A stretch of 63,981 bases of DNA, filler included, from Phoronis australis (GCA_002633005.1; 9 parts of 9 records of this genome joined end to end with filler, not necessarily neighbours in it); one strand, 5' to 3'. Counted from the whole stretch's first letter, positions 48,812-63,600 are shown. Notes: a model not told the origin generated them from the letters alone. A program made the numbers and translations.

Positions 48812-51554
48812 GGACGGAGTTAAAATGTGGGAACTATTTTCATAATCGGGTATAAATATAATAATTCAGCCTCACAAGAACAAAAATTGTCGGGAGAGAG
48901 TAACCAGAATATTTGTTTTCTATCACGCCAACTACCATCATTACGCAGTTTTAGTTTTTGAATAACCGGTTGTATAACTATAGCTGTTGATTTAGGTACG
49001 TTTATCAAATATCTTAGTCTGCAGTGATTCTTGGTTCGCGTAAATAAAACCCCAGCAACACTTACCAGACACCAGACTGTCCTGTCCACGTAAGAGTTAT
49101 CCTGCCTCTCGTTCAGTAACGCTAGGTCCCCGCTAAAAAGCAAGACCTCGCGAGATTACGTAAGATATTGCCGTTTATTTCAAAGGAGAACTCGTGACTT
49201 TGGCTAGGTTTTCGCTAGGTACTAGCGTGTGTCCTAGCGTTACTGAACGCAGCCCTGGTAGACGTGCAGTACCACAAGTTGATAGGCTAATAGGAGCTGG
49301 CCAACAACAGTGAAGAGTGAACACCACTGAGTGTGTTGTCTCCCGTGTTCACAGATTCTGACACTACATGTCATTACATTTAAAGGAAGCCCTTGATGAA
49401 ATTGTACCAATGTTATGAACACCACAAGTGAACAAAAACTCACGTTGATTAGGAAATAACCGCTGTTGATAATATAACCGATGAACAATGCCCAAATCTT
49501 CTACTTTTACGTTCGTAACTGACCATGTTTAACGGCATGTGCGTTAACACTTCAAAAAGATTCAGGGCGGAAAATGGTGTTGCTTGAAAAAAAAACAACA
49601 AAAAAACTAACACTCTGTATATATGCAACAGTGTACGATTTAATTACAAATAAAAATATTAAAAGGAGAACATTGATTTGTATGAGTAGCCTTTGATAAC
49701 TAAAACCCACTGATCTGTTTAACACCTGCTTAATTAAAATGTAAAAGCGAGATGAGATTTTTAAATATTGTTTATTACGAAAACAATAATTGGACTTAAG
49801 CCCAGACAGCACTAGACCTGCACAGCTGGCTGTGTCTGTTGCCGAATTAGAGTCAATTGTAACATTTCTCCTAATATTATGCTGTAAAAACAAATCTTGG
49901 AATTTCTGGAACGAGAAAAACATCCTCAGCTTGTCGTACAATTATTCTCCAACACTCACGTTTCAGAGTATTTTTGTGAACATTGTGGGACACCCTGTAC
50001 ATAAATTAGTGCCTATGTAGGTGTGGTGATTAGACTTGTTCTGAACATATAATACCAGGTCACCATGCACTATAAATACAGATTCACCGTAAACTATAGA
50101 TAGGAATCCATCTTGAGTTTGCGAACTGAAACACATATCACACACCTGTTAGGTCAGCAAGACTTGTCAATTTAGATCGCCTCTATCTCGTGTAAGACTT
50201 CATATGCTTGACCTTCAGATGCAGTGGGTGTTCTAAAACTCATCAACAACATGTCTTATTTACTGTCTGTTTTATTGGTGAATAATGTGTTCATTGACTT
50301 TGCTCAAGAACATTGCAACAGCTTGACACCAATCACCGATTGATCCCAGCAATTGCCTTGCCGGTATTTATTTGGGCCCCTAAAACATGGTCAACTTTGA
50401 AAGAACTTTCCTCCAGCAGTAACTAGTCTAAAATTTAATCTTATTGTATGTATGTACGTTAAGCTACACGTGTTTTCACATGGCCGTGTTATTAGCCGAG
50501 GTTGATGCGCTGTGTGAGTATTTTCACAAGGTCGAATTTTACACATTTATACCACATACTTAAGATCTAACTCCCATTTCTTCGATGAGTCTTAATTTCT
50601 TCCTCTTTGGCCATTACGCGTAGGGATATAACGAGCGTTAAAAGCTAGCGTCCATTTTCCTGGAGTGAGCAGACGATATTTGAGGTTGTATTCTAAACAT
50701 CTGTTTCCCTACTTTTTGTGTAATTTATGGATGTTTATTTATTGTCACCAATTTTTAGTTTATACCCGTTTCACTCAGAAGCGAATGCCATTCGTAATAT
50801 CGCTATGGCTAATTTAACCTACGTTGACGGGTTCTTGGTTTCGGTTTCGTCCCCGATTGAAGGCAGACAAATCCTGGTGGTTTTTGGATAAAGTGCCAAA
50901 TAAATAAAAGTTTTGTTTGAGTTTAATTAGATTTTACTTTCAGTAATTTTTTACATCACAAACTAGTGAAAGCAGAACACTACTGTAGTTACCACTGCAG
51001 TTTACAATGATCAGTTTTACCGGGTTTGTTTACACGTTATCGTGAACGGGCGAGTTTGAGGAAGGAGTGACGACGCAGGTCGAGTGGCAAATAATGCTCG
51101 TTTATTATGAGGAGAATTTGCGAATTACCAAATGCTCTCCTGAGTGTATTAGGTTTGTTAAGTTTTTAAAATGTATAGTAAACATAACTTCATGGAATTT
51201 ATTCAGCTTAAACCGTAACGGTTGATCAAATCGAAATTTTGGAATTCTAGCCGTAAAAAGTAGTTCGGTTTTGGTCACGTGACGGTGGTTATTTTTATGA
51301 TCTTGTGGCAGTACAATAAGCCTTTGGGCTATTGCACGGACAAGTGACACGGTTACTGCACGTATCAAGACGTATGTTGTATAAATATAGATTATTACAT
51401 GGCGAAGTCATTATGCCCGCAATCTAGAGCCCGAGTGGATTTTGAAGAATTATCGTCCGAGATAAAAATAAAATGAATCTATGAGACATGTTTTAAGCAA
51501 CTAGTCTACCTTACTATGCATCTTATCATACCATGAAAATATCGTCTGCTATAC

Positions 51555-52492
51555 CAGTGGCAGATCTACGTTTTCAGTAAGGTGGGGGTTTAGGATTCCC
51601 GCAAAGGTCGAATCCGAGGCGCGTAGCGCCGAGCGGGGGGGGGGGCGGAGGTCGGGAGGGGGATTTACCCCGTGTAAGACAAATTTTTGTTTTCTTAGCC
51701 AAACAGTGAAATTTCCATGCATCCTGGTACGTTTCTGGCACTTAACATGTCCCAGGAGTTTTTCTTAAGATAATTAAAAACTCTTCTCGATTTCGTCACA
51801 TGAACTTGGCTCAAAAGTTTCGTGAAACCATATCGATTTGTGCACATCTGGGTATGAGTCACACCACCAGCAAAAATTTTTGTTGGAACATCTGCTTACA
51901 CACACCTTTTTAGCATACGAAAAAGTGTGGTGTGTATACAGGGGTTTAGACAACTACCAAACATTTAAGAGCATAAGGAGCACCCACGGGGCGTAAAAAC
52001 TTGAATATCAGATGGTCGCAACAGCCTCAAGCTGTTTAAGAATGAAGACCTGAACTGTTAGTCCTGAAATAAACATGTGTTCTGTCTCGTTACGAGAAAA
52101 AAACTGGCGAACGATAGTGCTCTCAGCTCATAGTCTATTATTAAAGCGACAATAAACAATTAAGTATCACTTTCTTAAGCTGAATCACGTTCACAACAAT
52201 TGAAAAACGTCAAATGTATGAGAAAACAAATCATCTGAAAACAGTTTCACGAAACCAAAACACTCTGTAGGCCTACACCGTAGTGAAAAGATATACAGGA
52301 GCAGTTCGTAGAGGGACCAGATGTACACTGAGAGTACACAAAAACTCTAGCCTGGTCCGTCACGAGACCAAAAGTACACCTGTGCTTATTATCCCTATAA
52401 AAATAGTCGATCTGTCGCGGGACCAAACAGTACTGGCTCAGATAAATAGTTTTAAAAAGCACACTTTGGTAAAAAACATCACAAGACTAGTC
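51555..52492. mobile_element. Second copy (left part) of the long hAT5-like element, truncated by gap
   Basis: Starts CAGTGGCAGATCTACGTTTTCAGTAAG and is colinear with 10002-10957. Confidence 0.88.
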
Positions 52493-52592
52493 NNNNNNNN
52501 NNNNNNNNNNNNNNNNNNNNNNNNNNNNNNNNNNNNTTAATTAATTAANNNNNNNNNNNNNNNNNNNNNNNNNNNNNNNNNNNNNNNNNNNN

Positions 52593-52822
52593 TCATCATC
52601 ATCACTGTCATCATCATCATCATCATCACAATCATCATTATCATCACTGTCATCATAATCATCATCACTGTCATCATCATAATCATCATGATCATCATGA
52701 TCATCATGATCATCATCATCACTGTCATCATCATCATCATCATCATCATCATCACTGTCGTCATCATCATCATCATCATCATCATCACTGTCATCATCGT
52801 CATCACTGTCATCATCGTCATC
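52593..52822. repeat. (ATC)n microsatellite with ACTGTC interruptions
   Basis: Direct inspection. Confidence 0.95.
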
Positions 52823-55800
52823 AAAACATGCCCAATACTCTTTTTATTCAGTGTCGCGGCTCCTCAGAGTGCTTTCATTTTAATGTTTAAGTGACAAATT
52901 CACCGGCATCCAATTCAGACAACTCATTCACAAGACTGACTCGTTCAAGTCAACACGGTGAATGGGCAACTTCTGATGAAATAATAAATGCACAACTGAT
53001 TTTGAAGTTGATAGCTCCAATGATCAAGCTGATAACATCAAGAAGTCAATGCCACCGGGTAATAATCGCCATTATGACTGTTCTGTCCTAAGGCCGACTG
53101 TGCTCCTTAAGTTCTATTAGACAAAACGATTAGTGTCCTAAGTTTTTGGTGACATATCAAGATATGAAAATAACACATGCGTGTATTATTACGTACACGA
53201 CTTAGCAAGATTTTGCAAATGGGTTTCTTGGCGTCTTTTAACGACTTTCAGTATCTGGAGTCAAGACTGTACATCTCCGGCCATCATATCTGTGCGCCAG
53301 TCAGCAGTGTTGGTGAACAATTATTCAGATAGAAGAGCAATGCCATGTCACAAAGACATAACTCGTGTCATAGGTCAGTCGATTACAGTTATTTTTCACC
53401 GTGGCCTGTTTGAAGAAAGGGTGAGTACAGAGAAACTCGTTCATGGATCCGATACAGGTGTCAACTGACATAACCACTCGAAGGACGCCGTAAAGTACGA
53501 ACCGCACGGCGGGGGATGTAATTGAGGTGGCGTATATGTTTTCTTCACGACTTACAAAAGGGTGACTTCTACGATAAAGTTCTCTTCGAAAATATTCATT
53601 TTATCGGTTGACGCCATGCATGGTCAAATATGAGACTAGACAAGGAAACGATGCATTGCTCAAGTTACTACAGTCCATAGTGTTTTTCAGCTATTTTAGC
53701 TGATTAGTTTGATTAATAGCTCCCCTACTTTTAATACGAATGCATACTCTAAAGAGTGGGTACAAGTGTGGGTAACCTAATTTAAATTTCTCAACTTCAC
53801 AGCCTCCTCAAAAATAAGGCAGTGCATTTACACCCATGGACAAGAGGGAGTGCCTGTACTCAGTCCTGTTTCGAATGGGCATGGAGGCTTGTAGTTAGTC
53901 TTAAGAAAATCATAGGTTACTTTCGCTCACTACACTGCAGGTTCCTGCTGTTAAAAACTTCTGAGGACACGTCAGAGTGAAAGCTGGGACATATTTCCTA
54001 TTCCTAACGGAGATAGAAAGTTTTAATTGACAGGAGCTACAAATGATTATCTTGAAATTCTGACTTACCTAAGCATCTACGTTGCCAAAGTGATACGTTC
54101 TAGTAGACAACTCGATCTATGACAATTTTATCTATGACAATTTTACATAAAGATTTACATTGTCTACTTCTCCGATACGCGTAATCTCAGTACTACGGTT
54201 TATGGAAAACCAAAACGAAAAAAATTCAAAACAAATGCTTTACAATACAAAAAAAGCTGAAATCAAGTCCAAAACAAGAATTTTCAATTCCCGTTGACAA
54301 ATTAAGTTCACTGGGACTTCCTTTTTTACACCACAAATTGCCCCATAAACAAAAATACCAAATTATATGACTTACACCAGGAAATAGAGCTGCAGAACAA
54401 AATTAAAATATGACAAAAATGCAGAACAGAAAAAATGCGAAGCAAAAATTTTTTTTTATGCCAGGAAACATACACCATCATTGCTCAATACTAAGCGCTT
54501 GCGTAAGTAGTAACGATGTCATCACATTGAAGGGTCACGGGCTTCTGGATGGTCACGTACTCCTAGCGTAGCATATTTCGAATTATTTCTGATGAGTTGT
54601 TTATGAATTTATGAGTATAAGACGTCCTGGTGCAGCCTAATATGAAATGAAAATGCTGGTTTGGGATCGTTGTCCAGTAAAAATAATGTTGTCTCACCAA
54701 GAAAGCAAGAACAACGCAAAGCGTAGAAATGCACCCACGATTGCAAACAGTATTTTTCTAGTGGTGTTTATTAGTATCATAAAATGGCTGCTAGGTGACA
54801 CAAAACGTGTCAAATCATCGTCTCCGTAATAGAAACAGTTTTGTAGAATTTCGTACTAAATATGTCCAGGACCTCCGAAAATACAGAAACTAACGTAAAA
54901 ATAGAAATGACAAATGTGAGATGCTACATGAGACCCGCAAAGTTGTCATCTGTTATCACGCTTATAGGAGTACATTTGACAAATTCCACATAGATCTTGC
55001 ATGGGGCCGGAAATACAGATGTGGATGCAAAAACAAAATTACCACTAGGGGTGGTACAGCAACCACACACCCATCTGAATCTATCTTCAGTCTTGATGTT
55101 GTCAGTAGGAAACGGTTTGACAGGTTTTAATGCTCCTTAAGCACTTTGGCAGCTAGAGAAGCTGACGTCAAAAGGAACAGGATCGTAAATGATGAAACTG
55201 GTTGCTAGGCGACGCAGAACACGTCGAATCTGTCCGACAATAGGCATTACACATGTGCCAATTTTCATTGTGATCCTTCAGCAGTTTCAGTGTCGAATAC
55301 AGGGGCGAATTCCAAAAAAGAGCTCAAAAATGATAAATAAACCACAAGGTGTTGAATCCATCCGAAAATATAAACGCTTCTTCGTCTCCTTAAGCACACC
55401 GGTTGCCAAAATTCATAAAAATCCATGATCAAAGAACTCCGAACGTACAGAGGCAAATGAAAAAATAACATTTCCACTAGTGGACAGAGGTGTAGTCGGA
55501 TCAGCCCAACTTTCGTAGTCATATTTCGCCAGCTTCACAGGAATACTTCCTCCAATACTTTTTAATTTCCAGAGAAACATGCCTGCATGCCCGGACAGAG
55601 GTGAGGGCAATATTCACCCATGTATGCCTATCTGGGGCCATAAAACTGTTTTGGAATGTTCCGCTTTGGCTTTCCATAACTATATGAGAGGTTGACCTTT
55701 TCCCAAAAGCTCACAACAATGGATCCCTTTTAACTGTATCTAAAAGGAGGGGATTTCATCTCGTCTACACTCTAATTTCCCGACAGCACACCCGTTAAAT

Positions 55801-56827
55801 ACTCCCGGCCTACATCCGCGCTCCACGTACCTTCACTATTCATGATCACTTACAAAGTTGAAGTTGCTGACACACAAAGCAACAGAGACGTCTGGAGAAA
55901 TTCATCGTATTTTATGTCTATATTCAGTCGTCTCCAGTCATTTTTGACAGGAGTACGGGGCTCAGCACTCGGTTCGGAGTTTGCATGTTATCGCAAAATA
56001 CTGATGGCAACTATAAACTTACCAGAGTTTTCTGCAGAAAAACCCGGGCGTATTGGGAAAATACAAGTATCAGCTCAGTGGCCAAAAGTCAAGTCAAAAT
56101 ACAAGTTGCATGATAAAAGCCATATGCTTATACCGTAGAGACGGGCCTGTCTATACGGGAAAGCCAGATCAGAGGCATGATAATAAAAACTTTGAAATTT
56201 AAGTAAACTTTCATTGATTTTCAGGCAGCGGATCGAGCATTTAAACACGGAACGTGCATTTTTTGGAGGCCTATCGTTACCGCCAGTCGTCATTTCCAGC
56301 GAGATCTAATATTGAAAGTCGAATACATGAAAAAGGACATTAATTAAAAAGTTAATGATGCACTGACGAAGTTTGTAGTGCATCGAACCAGTTCGTTGGT
56401 TCAGCAACGAGTTATGAATTCGGATACCTACCTGACAAGACCCCTGTTAAAGAAGTTCGCCCACTTGTCGACAGTATGGCGAATGAAGCTGGGACAAAGT
56501 GACCTGCACGCAAGCTCAACCTATAAAGACCGGCTGCTGAATATACGGCATATTGAATAGATTCACAACAATAGGTGTTTTTAAGATACGCTGTTCACTG
56601 ATCAACGACCTACATTCTGCACACGCAGAGGCGTCCCTTCATACCAGGAAGCTTAACTGCGTTGAACAATCTGGTTCGGGATTTAAGGCTCGTCCTTAAT
56701 TTAAGTCGACAAAAACCCGCCTAGGAGTGGTCAAACGTTATCGGCCATCTCATGAGCGCTCAGATCATTGCAAGCGACTCAAGACTCCCCTACATGGGTC
56801 CGAGAAATCTTAATCCAACGCATGGTT

Positions 56828-57050
56828 CATGCGGGCACCCATTCTTTAATATGGGGGGGGGATCGAGTCCACTGACAAAGTAGACCTTTTGCTAACAAAA
56901 AAGCGAGAGGACAAAAAAACGGGGTACCACTTTCAGGTCTGTGAACTGTGCGTCTGCGTCTTTTTAGTGGACTTTTCAGTGTCTCGCTTTCTCAAACTTT
57001 TTGTTTCATTGTTTCTCTGAGGCGGACCTTTTTTTTGGGGGGGGGGGGGG
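56828..57050. mobile_element. MITE family B copy running into a gap
   Basis: Starts CATGCGGGCACCCA; internal TGTTTCTCTGAGGCGGACCTTTT is shared with the other copies. Confidence 0.65.
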
Positions 57051-57588
57051 NNNNNNNNNNNNNNNNNNNNNNNNNNNNNNNNNNNNNNNNNNNNTTAATT
57101 AATTAANNNNNNNNNNNNNNNNNNNNNNNNNNNNNNNNNNNNNNNNNNNNTCGAATTGTGTATCACTTGATGCCCTGACAGAGATCATCAATTGTTGCAC
57201 ATTCCTTGATTTTTCAAAATATTGATGATTTCATATTGAGGGGCCCCACCCTTGAAGGAGGCCATTGATGACATTCAAGTGGCCACCCGCTTTATGTTTT
57301 TATTGACAAATTCTTAAGGGTCCGCTCACTGATAGAGGGCCCAATGTTGGACTTGATTACGTCTAGTTTCCTGTTTTTTGTGAAATCGTGGAACTGACTT
57401 TCATGAAGAGGGTCACTTCCTGCACCGTCTTGTGACCATACGACGGTGGAATGAACTGTCGCTCTTTTCAAAGTTTAATGATGCTTAGTCTTTCATAATT
57501 AAGGTGTCCAATTTCAGACGGTACCCTCTCTCGGTGGATCAGTTCGGGGAAACGTCCCTTTGTCCCTCTACACATGTAAATCCGGCAC

Positions 57589-57741
57589 CATGGGCTTCGC
57601 AGCACTGAAAAAAGTGTGTGTGTGAGGGGGGTTAAAGTCCCCCTGCCCCCTGTGATGCACTGCCCATAGACCATGGGCGGCCCAGCACTGAAAAAAGGTA
57701 GGGGTTATAGCCTCCCAGTCCCCTTTGGTGCGCCGCCCATG
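57589..57741. mobile_element. Two tandem copies of mini-MITE family C
   Basis: 57589-57668 and 57672-57741, each CATGGGC...CAGCACTGAAAAAAG...GCCCAT(A/G). Confidence 0.75.
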
Positions 57742-58505
57742 GACAATGACAGGTATTGCGAAGTTGAGATTCTAAGTTCATAAAAACACCAACATTCGTG
57801 CACAGCACAGCAGTATCAAGACATTCGATCCAAACAACCAAAAAATGTGAAAAAAATACAATAGGATTGACCGCCATCGAATGGGTGGAATTTTGAAGAA
57901 CGTGAAGACCCCTGTTTGTTAATTACATAAAAGGATTATTTCCGATGGTTAGTTATAGAATAATTATAAAACGAACAATTGCCGCACAAATAAAAAAGTT
58001 CATGTTAACTCAACGTTACGTCTTTTGATAAGACATGGTCAGGATGTGTACAGTAGGGCAACAAGTGTCGATAACCATTCCACATTCATGCGGTGAAGTG
58101 AGAGTAAGAGATAGTCCGTTTTCCTATGGCCAAAAATAATGTAATTGTAATATAATGTTACTGTTTCCCATAGTGTCACAAGAATAGTATCTCTTTTGAA
58201 AATGGTTACTATGAGTTGTTTGTAAGGAATTCCCACATGTGGAAAACACTGCTGTCGAGGCTATCATTGGGGTGAACGAGTGTACTCAAACACTCCCAAA
58301 AATAAACAAATATTTCAGTGTTTTTTTGGGGGGTCAAGTTAAACTCGTGAACTTCGGTAATGTGCAAAAATACACCTTACTATGAATGCCCAATCTCCCA
58401 TTTTCCCCGGGTTACCAGCCAATTAGAGGGTAATCTTTTAAGAAATGATGACGATTCAGGGAATTTACCGGTAGTTGAAGCCTGGATATGAAAAAAAATG
58501 TATAA

Positions 58506-59090
58506 TCAGATCCCCAAATAGTAAAGTGCACCTGGACGCTTTTTGCCTATCTAAAATAACTCTCAAAGACATTGATGACATTTGGACACTTCCCAAAAAT
58601 TTACTCACAATTCAAATGACAATAAATACGTTGCTTTTTGGCTTCGATAAAAGTTTTGTTGTTTAAACTCACCAACAGGGGATCAAAAGAGAATTAAGTC
58701 ATTAAATCAAGGTAAACGCATTGCTCGTGGATTTGATTGTTGATTTCTGATTTACATGTTTATGTATCTATGAAAGTGGAATGATTGACGGGTGATTTTT
58801 TGACAATTAGAAACTAATCTTGTAGAAATGAGAATGCTTCAATAAACTTAGTTGCAAGCAGACACCAGGAAAATTCGATCTATCATCAGATCCCCAAATA
58901 TAAAAGTACGCTAAACGATTTTTGTCTATCTGAAATAAGTCTCAAGGAATCTCGGACAACTCTACAAAGTGTCCCAAAATCCTCTAACATTTCAAATGAC
59001 AATAAATTGATTATTGGCTTAGGCACTAGATTACTGGGTTTAAGTTTACAAACCGTAGATCGAAAAAGACGTTTAAATACTTAAATTAAT
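58506..59090. repeat. Diverged direct repeat, about 200 bp of similarity at a 380-bp period
   Basis: ATCAGATCCCCAAATA...TTCAAATGACAATAAAT begins at both 58506 and 58886. Confidence 0.75.
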
Positions 59091-59233
59091 AAAATCTAAC
59101 TCATTGGTCATCAACTTGGAAAGATTCTCTTTGCAGTTCTATGATGTTTTTAGTTTTTAGTATTGAGCAATGAATTTTTGTTCTTCAAAACAGAATCGTT
59201 TGTTTGCATTTCCCGTGCATACTACACACACGG

Positions 59234-59480
59234 CATGCGCGCAACCAGCCTAACATTTTTGAGGATGTGAACCTTATACTAAAGAAAAGAAAAAACGGAA
59301 TACGGGGTTCGTTCATGGCTATGAATTATGCATACGCCGAATTTCTGCCTTTTTAGTGAACTTGTGTGTCATTTTTCTTGGACATTTTGTTTCATTGAGG
59401 CGGACCTTTTTGCCCACTTTTCCAAATGGGGGGCTCGTTCGAGCCCCCCCCCCCTCGTGTCCCCTCTGGGTGCGCGCATG
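59234..59480. mobile_element. MITE family B copy
   Basis: CATGCGCGCAACCAG ... CTGGGTGCGCGCATG. Confidence 0.8.
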
Positions 59481-59593
59481 CTCCCAAATACAGAGATCGT
59501 TTTCAAACCAGAGTATTATCTTCTTGAATTGAACCAGCATAAGTAGCATCTACCAGATTGCATGCAAATTTAAAGTTTTTCAGAATTGACAAC

Positions 59594-59661
59594 CATGGGC
59601 GGCACAACACTGAAAAAGTGGGGGGACTCTAGCCCCAGCCCCCTATGGTGCGCCCCCCATG
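59594..59661. mobile_element. 68-bp mini-MITE family C with 5-bp TSD
   Basis: CATGGGCGGCAC...GCGCCCCCCATG, TSD ACAAC/ACAAC. Confidence 0.85.
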
Positions 59662-59785
59662 ACAACAGGTATAAAACAACGTTAATCTTGGTATTCTCTA
59701 ACATCAGGTCACAAATAATTAAGAAATGCACAATAAGTTTGAAACTATCATTTGTTTAAAGCTACACAGATAAGACCTGTGCACT

Positions 59786-60013
59786 CATGCGTGCACCCTC
59801 GAACAAGCCCCCCCATTTGGCGAAGTGGGCGAAAAGGTCCGCCTATGAGAAACAAAAAGTCCGAGAAAATGAGACAAAAGTCCTCTAAACAAGCACAAAC
59901 GCGCAATTCACAATGATGCCCCGTTTTTTTAGTCCTCCCGCTTTTTTGTTACCAAAAAGGTCCACAAAGTCAGGAATTCGAGCCCCATACTGAAGGCTGG
60001 GTGCGCGCGCATG
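59786..60013. mobile_element. MITE family B copy
   Basis: CATGCGTGCACCC ... CTGGGTGCGCGCGCATG, colinear with 9195-9438. Confidence 0.8.
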
Positions 60014-60476
60014 GGGAGGCAATGAAGCAATTTGCTCAGAAACTTGGCGGACAAAGATGTTTCCTAGTTAGGTAACCAATACATTAAATGCAAGTATTCT
60101 GATATGAAGTGCCATTATAGTAACTCAGTATTGACCTTGTTTAAATAAACAGATATTGTTTTTTCTTTTGGTGTATATGGGATGGAGAAATAAGTCATAG
60201 ACCTTAGGCGGGTCAAGGGGATCCGGACTTCCCGTTTTCCCCTTGACTTTAGTGATATCAAATCTTTAATTTTCAAATTGTTGAGTTGAAGCCCCCGCTT
60301 AAAAAATCCTGGGTCCGCCAGACAACGCATGTACTTTAGTCTAGGAATAAACCGAGTAAACACGGATGATTAACATNNNNNNNNNNNNNNNNNNNNNNNN
60401 NNNNNNNNNNNNNNNNNNNNTTAATTAATTAANNNNNNNNNNNNNNNNNNNNNNNNNNNNNNNNNNNNNNNNNNNN

Positions 60477-60662
60477 TTGTTTAATACTAAACCATTCCAG
60501 AGTCATCTAATGATGTAAAATTTTGTTTAATACTAAACCATTCCAGAGTCATCTAATGATGTAAAATTTTGTTTAATACTAAACCATTCCAGAGTCATTT
60601 AATGATGTAAAATTTTGTTTAATACTAAACCATTCCAGAGTCATCTAATGATGTAAAATTTT
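60477..60662. repeat. 46-bp tandem repeat, 4 visible copies abutting a gap
   Basis: Unit TTAATACTAAACCATTCCAGAGTCATCTAATGATGTAAAATTTTGT. Confidence 0.95.
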
Positions 60663-63600
60663 AACTGTGTAATATCTAGTAAATGCTGGCCTTAACAGCA
60701 TTCATAGCACCCTGGCTTCTTATGAACATTTTCGTGGCATGTTTTTTGAGCTTTTAAGCAGTATTTTTCTTTGAACATTTCTTGTGTTTGTTTTTTCCAT
60801 GCTGTTGTGAATTATTTATTTTAATAATATTGCTATGGCAATTGAAATTTTACTCTATGCTACTTTCTTTTTTGCCATTCTTTACAGGACTTTATCAGTT
60901 AAATGTCCAAAAAAAGAGTTCTTGGAATTATTGTTGGATGGGATAGACTTCTTGAAGTTATTAGCACTGACCACAACTATAGAACAACAAAATCCATTGT
61001 TTAGTACAAATTTTGTGATTTATTGAAGTATATACATATGGCCATGGCCCAAAGTATAACATGTACAAGACAGAACATTGTCAGGTGCGTTACAAACTGG
61101 ATAATAAATCGTGACACTTGAGAGCATGATGGACAAATTTTAGAAGTAGGATATCTGGAGTTCTCATGAGAGATTGAAATGTAGATGTCGTGGGAGAATG
61201 ACAAAAACGATCACTTAAGTTCTTAACATGAAGGTCCTGGTACGCACTGCAAACTAACACAAGGTGGTATTCATCCTCTACACATCCCGAATTACATAAC
61301 TTTCACAGCCTATTTTCGTAGGGAATATTTGAGTGGCGACCTCTTTCCACTAGTAACGAATGATTTGAGCATTGCAGTCGAGTCAAAGACTGGATAAAAA
61401 TAAGTGGGATATTAACGATTTCTAGATAATTCTCAAGACAATATATTGTTTTATACCTCACATAGTAAGAAAAATAGCCAATTCTCGACGTTGTCTGCCA
61501 GACATTTGCTGAAATCGAGGGTAGTGACTTTCGAATTAAAAACGCTCAAAGTAATCGTCATTTATTAGGATTTAGCTCTTCCAGATTAGCATTTAACTGC
61601 CATGGAGGAGCTCCCAACTTGACTCCACGCTAAAGTTGATCTCACTTGTCTTGTCAGTAATTTTCCTTTAACATTATGTAGCACTTTATTGACACGTCTG
61701 CGTATTTAGCTAAATGTATTATAAATTTTTACTCAGCAGAAGTAGTATTTGTCTGAAATTAGAAAACTTGTAGAAATAGATTTTTGATGTTTTACCAATC
61801 TGCTAGAACTTGTGTGTCACATGACCATGTCTTTTTAGTAAAATTTAGTATTAAATGAATTTGAGGGTATATTGATAGCAAAGTGACAGCATCAATAGCA
61901 TGATCAGATTTTATTGGAAATGTTCAAGATGAGATCTCAGAAACACTGTTACAGTTCTCTAAAATATTACTTTGTTTTTGTTTTATACAACTTTAAATTT
62001 TGGTGAACCATTCCTGAGATATGATGTTCCAAAGTTAGCTAAGTTTGGAAATTTGTCTAATGTCTTACATGAACTGAAGGGACTAGATGTTTGGACGCTT
62101 GATTCTGTGAGATGCTGCAGTTAGGCATTGGGTGTAGCTATGACGGGCTCTGTTGTTTATTACAACTTATTATTTTCAGCATGCTCTCCTTGCCAAAAGG
62201 CACCACAACTCTTATTTATCATCTTCAACTGATGTTCATGTTTCCAAAAATGCTTGAAATTATTATTAAGCCTTTGGAATGCACTAGTACGCTTTTGAAA
62301 GATGTTTTATCACTCAATTTTGCCATTCGTCAAGTTACAGGATGATGAGATTTTGTGAACATGGAAAACTGTGATTAATATATTCTTTCCTTCATTTTCA
62401 CCAGCTTGGAAGGTGGTGAATAGAAACTTTAGCGTTATATAAATTACTACAGCCTTGTATATTGATTGTTGTATTATCACATCATAGAAAGTGAACTTCA
62501 ATATTATTCACTTGTCTGGCGTCCATTGTGTTACTGCACCAACATCTTCATTAAATTCTGTGTATTTGAAAATATTATGTTTCATGAGATCACCGAAAAA
62601 ATTTGATCTGGGTGTGATNNNNNNNNNNNNNNNNNNNNNNNNNNNNNNNNNNNNNNNNNNNNTTAATTAATTAANNNNNNNNNNNNNNNNNNNNNNNNNN
62701 NNNNNNNNNNNNNNNNNNGTAGTATACATTTAACCCTTAACGACAACTGCAATATGCCCATTTTACGCAATCCCACAGAAATTAACGTTTACGAAGTTAA
62801 ATACGTGTACTATCTTTATTGATGTATTTCATTTTAAAGGTTGCCCAAAAGGAAGAGAAGAAAAATTCGCTTTGGGAAATAATCACAAGGTTACTTCCGG
62901 TAGTACATTGGAATTATTTTAAAAGTCCTGCATAAAGGTGTTGTTAATTTCTGCAAACAACGTACACGTCGTATATTCCGTTTCATTGACCACAGATGGC
63001 TTAGTTTTCTAGTTTGTAATACGTAATAATCAAAGGCTAGAGACGTTTCTCTTCATTTCACGTTACCCACTGTAGTACTCCCTGCTTTTCATATCAATCA
63101 TGCAATAAAGCAATTAATTTCTGCTCGCTGTTATGTCATCTACTTTATCAATACAAGCTACTGGACTGTTTTGTCCTAAAACACTGATAACAGCAGCTTC
63201 AAACTCTTAGCTGGGATGATCTAATCTCTGGTCCCAACGCTCTTGGGTTTGATATATAACATAGAAATTATTGCAGTAGATCTGAACTTCATAGCCGATG
63301 TAGTAAAGCTTGACTACCTGTGTTAGATGTGTCTGTTTATTATTCTTCAAGGCTTCACAGATGAAGAAACAGGATGCAACAATGAGATGGATTGTCGTCA
63401 TGAGCAAATTTCTGGTAAAATCCAATCCAAAATCGTCACTATCTGTTACTTGTCAAATAGCATTGTAAATGAACCATTCCTTCCGATTAACTGGGATTCA
63501 CTTGTAATACCTCTGTCACTGGAAGACCTTTTCCAAACAAATTACCGGCAAAAAAGTTCCTCAGTCGTTCTTCAATAGTGTTTTGGACATGGCGCATTTA

